Shown here: in pieces, positions 45,000 to 60,577 of the stretch
Layout: each line of letters begins with the position of its first letter
How positions within the stretch are numbered: position 1 is the first letter of the stretch
NCBI RefSeq assembly: GCF_009914755.1
Contig: NC_060930.1
From: the human T2T-CHM13v2.0 reference genome, Homo sapiens
Direction: 5' to 3' (one strand)
Length of the DNA stretch: 64,000 nt
The notes under the pieces: generated by a model
The model's input: only the letters and a program-made list of their open reading frames with translations
What the model was told of the DNA's origin: nothing
The model's database searches: none
Made by a program: the position numbers and the translations under genes

Positions 45000-46520
45000 C
45001 AGCAACTGTTTTAAATCTGCCTTGTCTCCTCAGATCTTCATACGCTCCCCCCAACACCTCATCCTTTCATCTCCCACTTCACAGAGAAATTAGAAACCCT
45101 CAGACAGGAATGCCATCTTCTCCCTGTCTCCCAGCCTACCTACATCTGTACTCTGCTGCTTCTCCTTCCCTCCTGTGAACATGGAAAGGATGTCCCTTTT
45201 CTTCCCCAGGGCAATCCCTATGTAAAGGGCCCATCTGCTGCTACCTTCTCAGGGGCCTTGAACTAGCTGCTTCTTTTCTACATACTTGGATTTCCCATCC
45301 ATGCATCCCTCTAATCTTGCAACCAACAATTACTTATTGATCATGTATGTGCCAGGATCATAAAATCCACTGTAAAATAGCTCCCCCCGCCCCCACTGCC
45401 TTGACAACATATTCCTTCCCCTGCTGCTGGTCTTTCTCTTCCCAGTCAGACTTCTTAAAAGAGCTGCCTATACTCACTTTCGTGATTCACCTCACTTAAT
45501 TTCTCTCAGGTTTTGCCATTCTCAACTTGTGGCTTCCAAATGTTCCTCACTACCTCATGGTCCAATATGATGCTTACGCTTTCTGGCCAATAGGAAGGAG
45601 GAAGGCAACAAAAAGGGCCCACCCCTCCCTTGAAGCTTGAAGAATGCTTCCTGGAAGTCACTTGTGACACTTCTGCGTACATTCCATTGGCCAGCACTTA
45701 GCCCCAAGACCACACAAAGGAGACTGTGAAATGTAGTTTTTATTCTAGGATGCCGTGAACAAAAAATGTGAGGTCTATTTCTAAGAAGAGAGGAGAGATT
45801 TGCAATTGGGGGCCAAGAATAGGTCTCTGCACCACCACCAGCAATCTGATTTTTCTTACCACCATTTCATTGCAGTTGCTCTTGCCAAGATCACCTTCAC
45901 TTCTGTCTCCAAGTCCAAAGGACACTGAGTTCTCACTGATTTCATGTCTCAGCAGCATTTGAAACAGCTGACCACACCCTTCTCCTAATTATTCTCCTGG
46001 CACTGCTCCTTGTGGTTTTCCTCTTCCTCTGGCTGCTTTTTCTATCTCCTCCTTTTCTAGTTCCTCCTACTGTATCCAACCTCTAAACACTGAAGTTGTT
46101 CAGGGATCTTTCTGGCCCCTTCTTCTCTCACCTCACATTGTCTCCAAATAATTGCATATTTCCCACAGCTTTAATCATTGTTTGCTAAGTCTACATCTGC
46201 AGCTCAAAACTCTCCTCTGAGCTGTAGACCCCTATATCCAGTGACCCATATGTCCAGTGAATAATGTCTACGTTCACGTGTCTCAGGCTCACAAGTTCAA
46301 CAGGAATGGAACCCGTCTTCCTATCCTTCTCCCTTCCTACTTTTGGGGTGGGGGAGATGCTCTTTCAGCAAATGGTAGTGCCAAATATCCAGTTGCTTAA
46401 GCCAGAAATTTGGGAGCTATTCTTTGTCACCCTGCAAATCTGGTTAATTCTCAACTCCTACTAATTTAAGTAGCTCTCAGTCTATCCGCTTCTACCTACC
46501 ACAGTCCAAGTCTCTTGTCA
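45000..46520 (-). mobile_element. L2 fragments with an embedded MLT1 piece (~45530-45830)
   Basis: Decayed CT-rich L2 motifs; boundaries approximate. Confidence 0.5.
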
Positions 46521-46823
46521 CCTCCTTCACTTTTACTTGGTCATGCGACTATTGGGCAAAAAACTCTCTCCAAGTTTTGACACATTTGCTCAAAATTGAT
46601 GAAGCTGAAAAATAAGCTGAGTTAGATGCCAATTTTAAGCCCTAAATTTTATGAATTAAATCTAGATACAGGAATTTGAGGTTATAGTGAGCTACGATCG
46701 TGCCACTGCACTCCAGCCTGGGCAACAGAGTGAGGCCCCCACTCTCAAAAAAATAAAAAATCAAAATAATCTAGGTTTATCCATTGCAACCAGAGATATA
46801 ATTTAACATTTTTAACTTTATAG

Positions 46824-46951
46824 ACCTTATATCCCAGGCTCAATACTCCCCAACTTCTGCTTCCACATCATCCAGATACTCCCAGCAACGCTTTTTAAAG
46901 ACTAATCTCAAAGGCAGTAAAATAACAAGATGGATTCAAAGGCCACAGACT
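46824..46951 (+). pseudogene. CCDC162P: CCDC162P exon P (DLISQAQYSP...IQRPQT)
   Basis: actttatag| ... ACT|gtaagt; 128 nt, phase 1->0. Confidence 0.82.
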
Positions 46952-47500
46952 GTAAGTAATAATAAGATTGATTACATGCATTAAACAATAAAGCCTTACA
47001 ATTTGATTTCATGGTTTTTGGGTCACTTCAGACTTACATTAGAAAAATTATATATCAGGAGCTTATGTAGATGCCTTGAATCTGGATAAGAAAATTCTGA
47101 TGTTGAAATAATCCTATAACAGCACCTTCTAAATTACAAGTCAATAAATGGGTGTGGAATCAGTACCAACACCTTGCTGTGTTCCATCTCTGAATTTCTT
47201 TTTTCCCCCAATCATCTTCAACAATTAACTAGCAGCATCAGACTCCTTATCTGAGTTCCCCAACAGAGCAGAAATAAGTTTCGGAAGTCATTTTAAAACA
47301 CGTGAGAAATCTACCCTCCAAGAAAATTCCTGGGATGCAGATTAGCATGTATTTGAAGAACTCGTAAAATGTTTCAGTTTTTAGTTTATGTAAAACAACA
47401 TATACTTCCTCTTCCACTGCCTCCTCTCTACTGCTTTAATAAGTATTTTACTCTTTGCTGCATTTTCTTTCAGAATCCCTTCTAGAGATTCACATATCTA

Positions 47501-47832
<332 letters not shown>

Positions 47833-48884
47833 TTACCTGATGAAAAATTAAGAGGAAAATATTTAATCATTCCTTCAGAGAAAAGTATGCCATTCCAAGT
47901 CATTCGATGGTGTAATTCCGCAGCTGATGGTCTAGTTATAAGGATCAAAAGTTTCAAGATTTCTAAACATGCAGTTAAGAAGGGGGAAAGACAGGTTGGG
48001 AAGATACCCAAACACCATCTTGACCAAGTGAGGGCCACATTACTAATGTCCACCATTTGCTTGACTCACCAATCTCTGTGCAGTCATCTTTCTTGAAAAT
48101 GTGAAATTGTATTATATGTCTATGTTTCCGCAAAAGCCCTTTTCAAAAAGAAGCAAAGTTCACTTTGTATGTGTGGGATCACAAGGGCTTTCAAGAATCA
48201 CTTCATCTCCATTTCACCCTGAAAGCTGCAATACCATGGGGGTGTTGGTGATCGTGACTTGTTGAAAAGGCTGCTAAGCAGATAAGTGCATTAGTGAAGA
48301 TTTATTATATTTGAGAGATTCAAAAGGGTGATAGGCTAAAGCTAATTGATGAACATTGCCCTACCAAATAAATAAACCCTACAGTGAAGTGTCTTGTGGG
48401 CCCATTGGCCCAGTGGCTATGTACAATACGGGAACCCCAAGCAAAAAACCTCAAGGCCAGGGAAGGTACACAGTTAGCTGGAACTTCAGATCTCAGGTCT
48501 GACTTCTTAAGCAAGGCCTATGAGACAAGTCAGATAAATACTCATTGAAGAGGAATTTATACATGGCTGAAATGTAAGAACACAGTTAATTTTCTAAAAA
48601 TTAGCCCTGCACTAACACAAATGATAAAAAATTAAGGAATTTTTAGATTACTTGAAGTATGAGCTGTGTTTTCTTCCTTAACTGGAAATGGCTTTCCACT
48701 GATGGATTCATTCTTGACCAATTCCCTTTAGGACAATGGCAAAATACAGACAAGAAGGCATACTATATGGCCTAACCCAGACTGAATCAATGATCTTGGT
48801 CTCATTAATAACAGTGACTTTTTATGATGCTATAACAAGAATTATTCACCATGTTCTTAACACCAATATCTACTTATATTACAG

Positions 48885-49085
48885 GTACCTATTAAACACA
48901 AAAAAAGAACTGACGATGTTTTCCTACCCAATATGGCAGAAAATGTTCAACTGACAGCTTTTCAGGTTCAAACAGCTCCATCCAGATTCCCATTTAGAGC
49001 TGACTGGTGATGATATCTTCTTTTTCCAACCTTTATTTCTATGAGTATTTGAATGAATAAAAATGACTCCAAATGCCATTAAATC
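48885..49085 (+). pseudogene. CCDC162P: CCDC162P terminal exon (VPIKHKKRTD...PFRADW*) plus short 3'UTR
   Basis: attacag|GTA; open to TGA 49008-49010; AATAAA 49056-49061, ATTAAA 49078-49083; 3' end approximate. Confidence 0.78.
49056..49061 (+). terminator. polyadenylation signal of CCDC162P
   Basis: AATAAA 45 nt after the stop, T-rich sequence downstream. Confidence 0.7.
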
Positions 49086-50490
49086 TCTTACTTAATTTTA
49101 TGTATGAAATTCTCTTATCTGTACTTGGAAGACAGGGTTGAAGGACTAAGATGATTACATCTTGAACCAACCCCAGGTGAAGTAGGGGTTGGTCCCAGAC
49201 TTTAAAACCTAAGCATTGATTTGCATTTCTACAAGCTAGCCTTTGCCTCTGGTCAGCCAGCAGCCTCTGAATACGAATTCTAGAGTTAGTGGGTAAGCAG
49301 GAAAGCTAAGATGGAGGCCCTTGCTTCTAAGCAGTGTTTACTAACAAGTGAAAAACCAAAGTATGTTAATAGAGATTAACACAAATGAACGTTAAAGCAT
49401 TTGTTTCACTTCTTAGAAAACAAATTTGCCATCCTCTATTAACAATCTTTTCATTCTTCCTACAAATGCCAAATACTTCCTCAGACTTTAGTATAAAGTC
49501 CTAATCCAAGTCCTTTGTTCAGACAAGAAAATCTGTCTTGTGTAAAGCAATTAATAAACAGATGAATGGAACAGACAAACATATTTACATGCATAAATTT
49601 AAATACGATGTATGTGGCTTTTCAAACTAAAGAGAACATGGAGGCTATTTGGAATAAATTAAATCATCACCTTACCCCATACACTATAAATCCCAAATGG
49701 ATTAAAGATCTAAATGCACATACGTACACATGCATACAGACACACATGCCACACATGCACAAACTGATTTTTTAAACAGAATATAAAAGCCAATAGGAAA
49801 ATTGGTAACTTTGGTATCAGAACTAAAACTTCAGTATGATAAAATACTGTATCAGTTATCAACTTATATCTCAGCTCCAAATTCATTCTTTATTGTCTGT
49901 TCTGCAATAACAAATATGGACCCTATAAATATTTCCTCTTTGCCAACTGGCAAGAAGTTAAGCTCTCAGTAGAGGGTGCTGGAGGGACCCTGTAGGAGGT
50001 GGCAGGGTTTTTTTCCAGGTTACCTTGTGCTCCTCTAGGCAGGCTCTTGCAGTGTGCATGGCTTCTGCAGCACCAGGTTCTTGTAGTATATACAGTTTCT
50101 GTGGTGCCTGGCTCCAGTGATGCATGTAGCTCCATGGTAGAGTGCCACTTGCATGGCACCTCCTGTGACGGGTCCCCTCCAGCACCCCTTTGAATAGCTT
50201 TGCAGTCTCTGTGAATTTCTCAGCCATCCAATAAGCTTTGGCCAGATCCTCTCCAATGAGGTCTGGATCTCAGCCCTGAAGGGTAGTGGCTGGTCCCTAC
50301 ATCCGCTATCCTTGTATTCTTTAGAGTTCTCTTTATTGCTTACAAGCAGTATGCCAATCTTTTGTTATAGTTAATAATTCTTTATATCAAACTTTCCCTG
50401 TTTGAATTACTGTGTGCTTTCTGTCTCCTGAATGGCCCATGACTGATATAGAACTGGTACCAGGAGCAGGGTGTTCCCAGAGGATAGACC

Positions 50491-50944
50491 TGCTATGGTT
50501 TGAATGTCTGTCCTCTCCAAAACTCATGTTAAAATTTAATCCCCAATGTGGCAGTACTGAAAGGTGAGACCTTTAAGAGGTGATTGGGTCATGAGGACTC
50601 TGCCCTTATGAATGGATCGATCCATTCATGGATTAATGGATCGATCCATTCATGGATTAATGGATTTGTGGGTTGTTAAATTAATGGACTATCATGGGAG
50701 TGGGACTGGTGGCTTTATAAGAAAGGAAGACTTGGGTAGCATGCTCAGCTCCCTCACCATGTGATACCCTGTGCTGCCTCAGGTCTCTATGGAGGGTCCC
50801 CACCAGCAAGAAGGCTCTTACCAGATGTGCCTCCTCAACCTTAGACTTCCCAGCCTCCATAACTTTAAGAAATAAATTCCTTTTCTTCCCAAATTTCCCC
50901 ATTTCAGGTATTATGTTATAAACAACAGAAAATGTACTGAAACA
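50491..50944 (+). mobile_element. MST-family MaLR solo LTR nested in the ERV-L
   Basis: tgctatggtttgaatgt...aaaactcatgtt...actgaaaca. Confidence 0.85.
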
Positions 50945-53900
50945 GAACACAGATGGAACTTGGGATTTGGTTGGTTGCAACCTTAGGCTTGAATACAGTG
51001 CTGAGCCAACAGGAAATTGGAATGTTAGTATTCTTTGCATGCAGTGGCATCACAATCACGTTATTACCTGTGGCCGATTGTGCTAAAGTACCTGCTGAAG
51101 CATGTGCCTTTAGGAGCCTAAATTGCTACTACATTGACTATAATGGTAGTCATGCTGACTACAGAAACTGTGGTGTGAGGTGGATTTTTTTGAATGCACT
51201 TCAGCACTTCTGGAAGAAAATGACAAGTCATGACCTTTAATTCTAGGCTTAATTCATCGTCTGAAACCAGAGAGCTTCCATGATACCCCTAAAAGTATCT
51301 CTTATTTCTCATAGTCACAGGGATAATATTGCTAAAAATCAAGCACAAGTTTTTATTAGGGGCATGCTAAATTACAGTGACAGTTGTATTTATAAGCTCA
51401 TCAAGCTTCTCATTGCCATTGAGATGGGCCCTGTGATTTCAATGAAGAAAATGCAATTCCAAAGTGGAAGAGCGAAGTGGCAGGCTTTAACTGGCAAAAG
51501 ACAAGGCGGGCACATCCATTATAAAGGGCAATAGGGATGTATCAGTAGTCAGAATCCCTTGGCCTGCAGAGATCTTTGGTAGTTAATGTGTCCCCAGGTA
51601 TGAAATCATAGATTGCTTAATGTATATAACAGAAATTGCTTAATGTATATAAGATTGCTTACTGTATATAACAGAAAATTGCTTAATGTATGGAACAGAA
51701 AAATCTATAGGTCTAGTAGCCAAAACTTGAGTCACCACAGTGAAGAGTCACAGCCTCTGACCCAGGTTCCAGATTTAAGTCAATTCACAGACCAGAGGCC
51801 CTTGACCAAACGGGAGGATGGATCTCCTTGAGGAAGGACCCTTCACTGCTGCAGGTTCATGTTATAAATCTTCTTCCAAATCGTTCCCTAAGGGACCTGC
51901 AATCATTTTCTTAAATTACTGTTCTTCAGAGAAAAGAAAATATCCAGACATTTTGGTGGTTACTAGACCCAGGGCCTAAATTAATGCTAATTCTTGGGTA
52001 CCCAAAACACCACTGTGGCTTACCAGTCAAAATGAAGGCTTACAGTGGTAAGGTGATATAGAAGGAGTCATAGCTCAGGTCTGAATTACAATGGACCAAA
52101 TTGGTACATGGACCCACCCTGTGACTACGTCCCCAGTTTCTGAGTGAATAATTAATTAGAACAAATACAGTTAACAATATGAAGAATTTCCATATTGGTT
52201 TTTTGACATATGAGCTAAGAATCAATTATGGTAGGAAGGGATTACTGGAAGCCCCTGGAACTTGCCCTCCCTATCAAAAAAGCAAAACAGAAGCAATACC
52301 ATAACCCTGGGGAAATGGCCCTGGGCATTAATGCCACCATCAAAGACTTGAAAGAAGCAAGAGTGATGACAACCATCCCTTCATCATTTAACTCACCACT
52401 CTGGCCTGTGCAGAAGACAGATCTTAGAAAATAACTAGGGAGTATCAGTTCCACATCTTAATGAGGTGGTGATTTCAACTGCAGCTGCTGTCACAGACTT
52501 AGTATCTTTACTGAAACAAATTAATATGCTCCTGGGACTTGACATGCAGTTATTTCCTTAAAGCCTTTTGCACCATGAGAGGCAGTTTGCTTTTACCTGG
52601 CAAAGCCACAGTATATCTTTACAGTCTTGCCTGAAAGCTTTGTCAGTTCTCCTTCTCTCTGCCACGATATAGTCCACAGAGACCTTGTTCATCATGATAA
52701 TCCACACAATATCACATTGGTCCACTACACTGATGACATTATGCTGACTAGAAATAATGAGCAGGATGTGGCAAGTACTTAGGTGCTTAATAAAACATAT
52801 AAAAACTAAAAGGTGAAAGAAAAATCCCATAATTCAGAAACTCAGTGAAGTTTCTAGGGGTTCAATGATTTGGAACAAATTAAAATATCCCCCTCCAAAA
52901 TGAAAGATAAGTTGCTGCACTTCACACTGTGCACCATGATTAAAGAGACATGATGCTTGGTAGGTCATTTTGAATTTTGAAGGCAACATATACTTTATTT
53001 GAGTGTGCTATTTCAGCCCATCTAGAGTCACCTGTAAGATTATCATTTTTGAGTGGGTACTAGAGCAAGAAAAGGCTCTATTGCAAGTTTGAGTTATAGC
53101 ACAAGCTGCTCTACCATGTGGGTCTTATGATCCAGCAGATCCAACGATACTGAAAGTATCACGGCCTATAGGGATATTGTGTGGAGGCTCTTTTAGCACC
53201 AGTAGAATCATAGGGAAGCAAACCTATGTCTTCTGAAGATTACTACTCTGCTTTTAAGAAAGTCTGTCTTACTACTGTGCCTTGGTAGAGACAATACCTA
53301 ACCATGGGATGGCAGGGGATCATGTGGCCTGAGCTTCCCATCATAATGTGGATGTTGTTAGCTAGCCTAGTCATGAACTTGGACATGCAAAGCAGCAATC
53401 TATCATCAGACAGAAATGGTACACAATAGACTTAGCTTGCTTTAGCAGGTCTGAAAACAGAAGTAGCGTAGCTTGCTTGAACAGGTGGCTGAGACTCTTT
53501 CAACACCAACTCCGCTTTCATTGCCTTCTCTCCCTCAACCCATACCTATGGTATCCTGGGGGTTGTTCTCACAACCAATTGACCAAGAAAGAAAAAAAAT
53601 CAAGTCTGGTTTACACATTGGTCTGCATATGTTGGTTTCATGCAAAAGTGGATAGCTAAAACACTATAGCCCCACCCAAGGGCCACCCTGAAGGACAGTG
53701 GTCAAAAAGAAAAAAAAAATCCTCCCAGGGAACAGAACTTCAAGGAGTACCTTTGGCCACTTGTCTGAACTGAGACATGGCCAGAAGTACAGACTTACAC
53801 TAATTAATGGGTAGCTGCTAATGGCTTGGCTAGATAGGGACTTAGAAGAAACAGGTCTGGAAGGCTGGTGACAAGGAAGTCTGGGAATTATCTGTGGATG

Positions 53901-53955
53901 GACCTCTGGGAATGGGCGCAGACTGAAGATATCTGTGCCCTAGGTTAATGCCCAC

Positions 53956-54311
53956 TGATATGGTTTGGCTCTGTGTCCCCACCCAAATATCATCTTGTAG
54001 CTCCCATAATTCTCACATGTTGTAGAAGGCACCCAGTGGGAGATGACTGAATCATGGGGGAGGGTCTTTCCCATGCTGTTCTTGTGATAGTAAGTCTCAT
54101 GAGATCTGATGCTTTTAAAAACAGGAGTTTCTCTGCACAAGCTCTCTCTTTGCCTGCTGCCATCCATGTAAGACGTGACTTGCTCTTCCTTGCCTTCTGC
54201 CATGATTGTGAGGCCTCCCCAGCCATGTGGAACAACTGTAAGCCCATTAAATCTTTCTTTTATAAAGTGCCCAGTCTCAGGTATGTCTATCAGCAGGTTT
54301 GGACTAATACA
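53956..54311 (+). mobile_element. THE1 solo LTR nested in ERV-L pol
   Basis: TGATATGGTTTGG...GGACTAATACA, TSD CCCAC. Confidence 0.93.
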
Positions 54312-55524
54312 CCCACCAAAGGGCATCCATAGCAGAGGAGGCTCTTATTAATCAAGTTGACAAAACAATGTGCTGAGGTTATCAGTTACATTAATTATAA
54401 TATCAGTGCACATTCCCCAGCTACTACACCACTTGCTCAATGGGTCCATAAATAATGCAGCCACAGTAGCAGGGACAGAGGCTGTGTGTGGGCTTAACAT
54501 CAGGGGATTCCCCTTACCAAGGCTGACAGGCACTACTGCCAACTGCCCGATCTGTCAAGAGCCAAGACCAATACTGAGGCTGCAATATGGCACCAATTCC
54601 ATGGGTAACAGCCATCTACCTGGTGGCAAACTGACTACATCAGATCTTTTCCATCATATAGGGGGCAGAGATTCATCTTCACTGGAATAGACATGTATTC
54701 TGGATATGGATTGCCTTCCCTGCTCATGCTTCTGCCAGTACTACTATCCAATCCACCTACTCACAAAATGCCTTGTCCACTACCATGACATTTCCCATAG
54801 CATTCCTTCTAAGCATGGAATCAGTTTCCCAGCAAATGAAATGCTGCAATGAGCTCATGCCTATGAAATTAACATACTCCAACACCCAGAAGTGGTTAAT
54901 CTAATTGAAAGGTGGAATGGTTCACTGAATACCCACTTATGATGATAGCTGGCAGATACCACAGTGAAAGGATGGAGTTCCACATGACAGTACATGCTTT
55001 GAGCCAGAGTATACAGTTCTAGGAATCACAGGGTGGAAGTGGGAGTGGCTCCTTTCATGATTATACTTCTTACTTTAGCAAACTCAAGCTTGCTGGTTTG
55101 GCAGTCTTAGTTCCCAGGGGATCCTTCAATCAGAGACACAACAATTGTTCCACTGATGTAGGATCTAAGATGAGATTGCCATCTGGGTTTCTGATGCCAC
55201 TGAACCAATAAGAAACAAAAGGTGTAACTATACTGGTAGGAATGATCAATCCTGATTACCAAAGTGAGTGTATTGCTAGTACACAATGGAGGCAAAAAGG
55301 ACTATTTCTGGAACACAGGAGATTCTCTGGGTGCCTGAGTATTTCCACATCCAATAGTAAAGGCTCATGAAAAATTACAGCAACCAAAACAGGTAGCACA
55401 GGAGGACTCAAGATTCTTCAGTAATTTGAGTATTTGGGTCACTCCACCAGGTTAAGAACTCTGACCAGCTGAGGTTCTGGCCAAGGGCAAAATAAATCTC
55501 AAATAGGGAGTTAAAAGAGGTTGA

Positions 55525-56063
<539 letters not shown>

Positions 56064-56844
56064 CACAAATCAGTCTTTTGATAACAGAGCATTTGGTGGA
56101 AGTGACAGAACTTGAGTAATTCATATAGCCAACAATGGATACAATGACTGCTGGTACTGGGCTTCTCGTGTTGGGGAAAGGAGCAAACGTGACTTGTAAT
56201 AAAGTATAGCTGTATCCTGTTAGGTGGAAATGTAGAGCTGTTCCACTGTTGTTCAGAAGCGTCAAAGTGTGTAGATGGGCAAATGTGGAAGCTGAGTAGC
56301 CAAAGGGGTGGACTGTGACTATTATCAACTTCTTGCCTCAGCTCCCAATCCACCTGTCATTGCCTGCTCTGTGATGACGACACTGGACCATATGACGATT
56401 TCTCCTTTTATACACAAGGCTGGGGAAAAGGTTTAGAGAAAACAGTACTTGGAGCTCACACAAAGCTAGGAATTGAGCCTGGTCCTTCCTACTAAGCCAC
56501 ACTAGAAAGCCTCCTCAGGGAAGTCTGGCCTCAGTATTGGGGAAGCAGCATGATGTTTTGTAAGGGAACTGGCAGGATGCTGGAAGGATTTCTTTTCCTG
56601 GCTCTGGTTTGCTCCACTAGGGAGACACCCTCAGTGCCCTGCTCCAGCAGCTCACAGCTTTACAGTGGAATGCCACTACTGTGGCAACCTCCTATGTATG
56701 GCTTACCCCTCACCACCTTGGATGACTTCCCAGAAGATTGCCACTGGTGTGACAAACATGGATGGCTTCCTTGGCACTCTCTCAGATGGATTTGCACCTA
56801 CCATGAGCTTCCCCACCCGGAGGGCCAGGACTGTATGCTCGCTA

Positions 56845-57270
<426 letters not shown>

Positions 57271-57330
57271 TCATGAATTTCTTAAAATTCTGCAGATAAT
57301 ATGCCTCATCACTGCAAACCACTGTTATAG

Positions 57331-57730
<400 letters not shown>

Positions 57731-58169
57731 AAGAAAATATTTTTAAAAATCTATTCACCACGGATTAGCAGCCGGCATATTTTCAGATTAAAACAAAACA
57801 AAAACCCCTACAAATTGATAAGAAGAAAAAGAAAAATAGACGATTCACCAAGGAAATCATTCCACTCACCAGAATATTGAAATTTAAAAACTGTTCACAT
57901 ATCAAGTGATCTGCTGCTGGTGAGAAGTGGAAAGCAATCTCTGTGAAAATCCTCAGTGAGGAAACCCTATGAAGCAGCTTTCCACGCCTCCACTTCTACT
58001 CTGGAGGAAGTCACACATAAACAAGGTGGCAGGTACAAAGATGGTCTGTAAAATTGTTGCTGTGAACTAAAAACTGCAAAAAGCTTGTCTTTCAATAGGT
58101 AAATACCTGTGTCAATTATGGTATCCATACTACATATACCAACACAGAAATTAAGAATTTGGTATAGCC

Positions 58170-59225
58170 CATTCAGGACATAGGCATGAACAAAGACTTC
58201 ATGACTAAAACACCAAAAGCAATGGCAACAAAAGCCAAATAGACAAATGGGATCTAATTAAACTAAAGAGCTTCTGCACAGCAAAAGAAACTATCATCAG
58301 AGTGAACAGGCAACCTACAGAACAGGATAAAATTTTTGCAATCTACCCATCTGACAAAGGACTAATATCCAGAATCTACAAAGAACTTAAATAAATTTAC
58401 AAGAAAAAAAAATCCCATCAAAAAGTGGGCAAAGGGTATGAACAGACAATTCTCAAAAGAAGACATTTATGCAGCCAACAGACATATGAAAAAATGCTCA
58501 CCACTGGTCATCAGAGAAATGCAAATCAAAACCACAATGAGATACCATCTCACACCAGTTAGAATGGCAATCATTAAAAAGTCAGGAAACAACAGGTGCT
58601 GGAGAGGATGTGGAGAAATAGGAACACTTTCACACTGTTGGTGGGACTGTAAACTAGTTCAACCGTTGTGGAAGTCAGTGTGGCGATTCATCAAGGATCT
58701 AGAACTAGAAATACCATTTGACCCAGCCACCCTATCACTGGGTATATACCCAAAGGATTATAAATCATGCTACTATAAAGAACATGCACACGTATGTTTA
58801 TTGTGGCACTATTCACAATAGCAAAGACTTGGAACCAACCCAAATGTCCATCAATAACAGACTGGATAAAGAAAATGTGGCACATATACACCATGGAATA
58901 CTACGCAGCCATTAAAAAAGGATGAGTTCATGTCCTTTGCAGGGACACGAAGTTGGAAACCATCATTCTCAGCAAAACAGAAAACAAGAAAATAAAACCA
59001 AACACCCCATGTTCTCATAAGTTGAACAATGAGAACACATGGACACAGGGAGGGGAACATCACACACTGGGGTCTATTGGGGGCTGGGGGAGGGATAGCA
59101 TTAGGAGAAACACCTAATGTAAATGACAAGTTGATGGGTGCAGCAAACCAACACAGCACACATATACCTATGTAACAAACCTGCATGTTGTACACATGTA
59201 CCCTAGAACTTAAAAAATAAAAAAA
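58170..59225 (+). mobile_element. 5'-truncated L1PA (ORF2 C-terminus, 3'UTR, polyA)
   Basis: ORF 58438..58821 is L1 ORF2p C-terminus ([27 protein letters not shown]); 17-bp TSD aa(g/c)aa(t/c)ttggtatagcc at 58153-58169 and 59226-59242. Confidence 0.95.
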
Positions 59226-59562
59226 AACAACTTGGTATAGCCACATACACTACCTTTGAAAGATCTCCAAAAAGTGAATGAACATTACAGGATTAAAAAA
59301 AAAACCTACATGACATTATTTTCCAAAGGTACATACAATTATGTGATTATAAATCCATTAATTGTAAACCAGTTACAGTGATTACCTCTGTATCACCACT
59401 CTGGTAAGCGGAGGAAGGCAAGAGGAGAAAAGGGCTGGGGATGGTCAAAGCAGACTGACACCACATCTATAATATTTAAATGCAATTTCTTTTCTAAGAA
59501 GTATATTTAAGAAAATCTATGTACTAATTGAAAATTTTAAAAATAATACATTATAAACACTA

Positions 59563-59938
<376 letters not shown>

Positions 59939-60571
59939 TTACCAGAGTCACTAAGCTTAGCATCAAGTTTTGTATTACTTAAACCAAATGTGACTATATT
60001 TAAGGCTAATACAAAACCCAAAATTCATGATTTCTAAAGTGAATTATTCAGTCCACCCTTACAGGTTTTAAGGCTTACAGAGGAGTAAATTCTTAGTTCA
60101 AGTCCACTGATATAAAATAGAACATAATTTTGCCCACAAAATAACAAGAACCACACTTCAAAGTCACAGCATGTGGCTTGATAGTAATTTATACCAAATA
60201 GTTCTTGGTTTTTACTTTATATGCAATATGAACTAAAAAGGCAGAAAGTCACAAACTAGCTTTCAGATTATAAAACCAAGATAGTATTCCTCTCAAAAAT
60301 TATTGGAAAACTACAGCATAATTTCTATTGATTTGTGGAAGATCAACTTGCAAATCACTCCCACAAGTGTACCAAGTCCTCCCTCCACCTATTACTTCCA
60401 AGGCTCTGCTTTCTATTGATATGAACATGTGCCTTAGTTACTATCGGCTGGTCTAGAGGTGCAATAAAATGAGTAGAAAGCCCACCCCAAGCGGACTAAG
60501 ATAAATCCACTAAGCATTAAATTTTATAAGCAAAACGCAGTAACACACTATTAATTCAATAAACATGTAGA

Positions 60572-60577
60572 TTTATT
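60572..60577 (-). terminator. CD164 distal polyadenylation signal
   Basis: AATAAA on - strand with GT/T-rich sequence downstream. Confidence 0.75.

Noticed and set aside
50608-50665. 22-bp perfect palindrome and 24-bp tandem duplication
   Set aside because: Inside the MST LTR, whose consensus as I recall is already near-palindromic here; simple slippage
52228-54690. Pol-like ORFs as a domesticated retroviral gene
   Set aside because: Many stops and frameshifts and a THE1 insertion; decayed
58438-58821. 127-aa ORF
   Set aside because: Fragment of a 5'-truncated, frameshifted L1 ORF2
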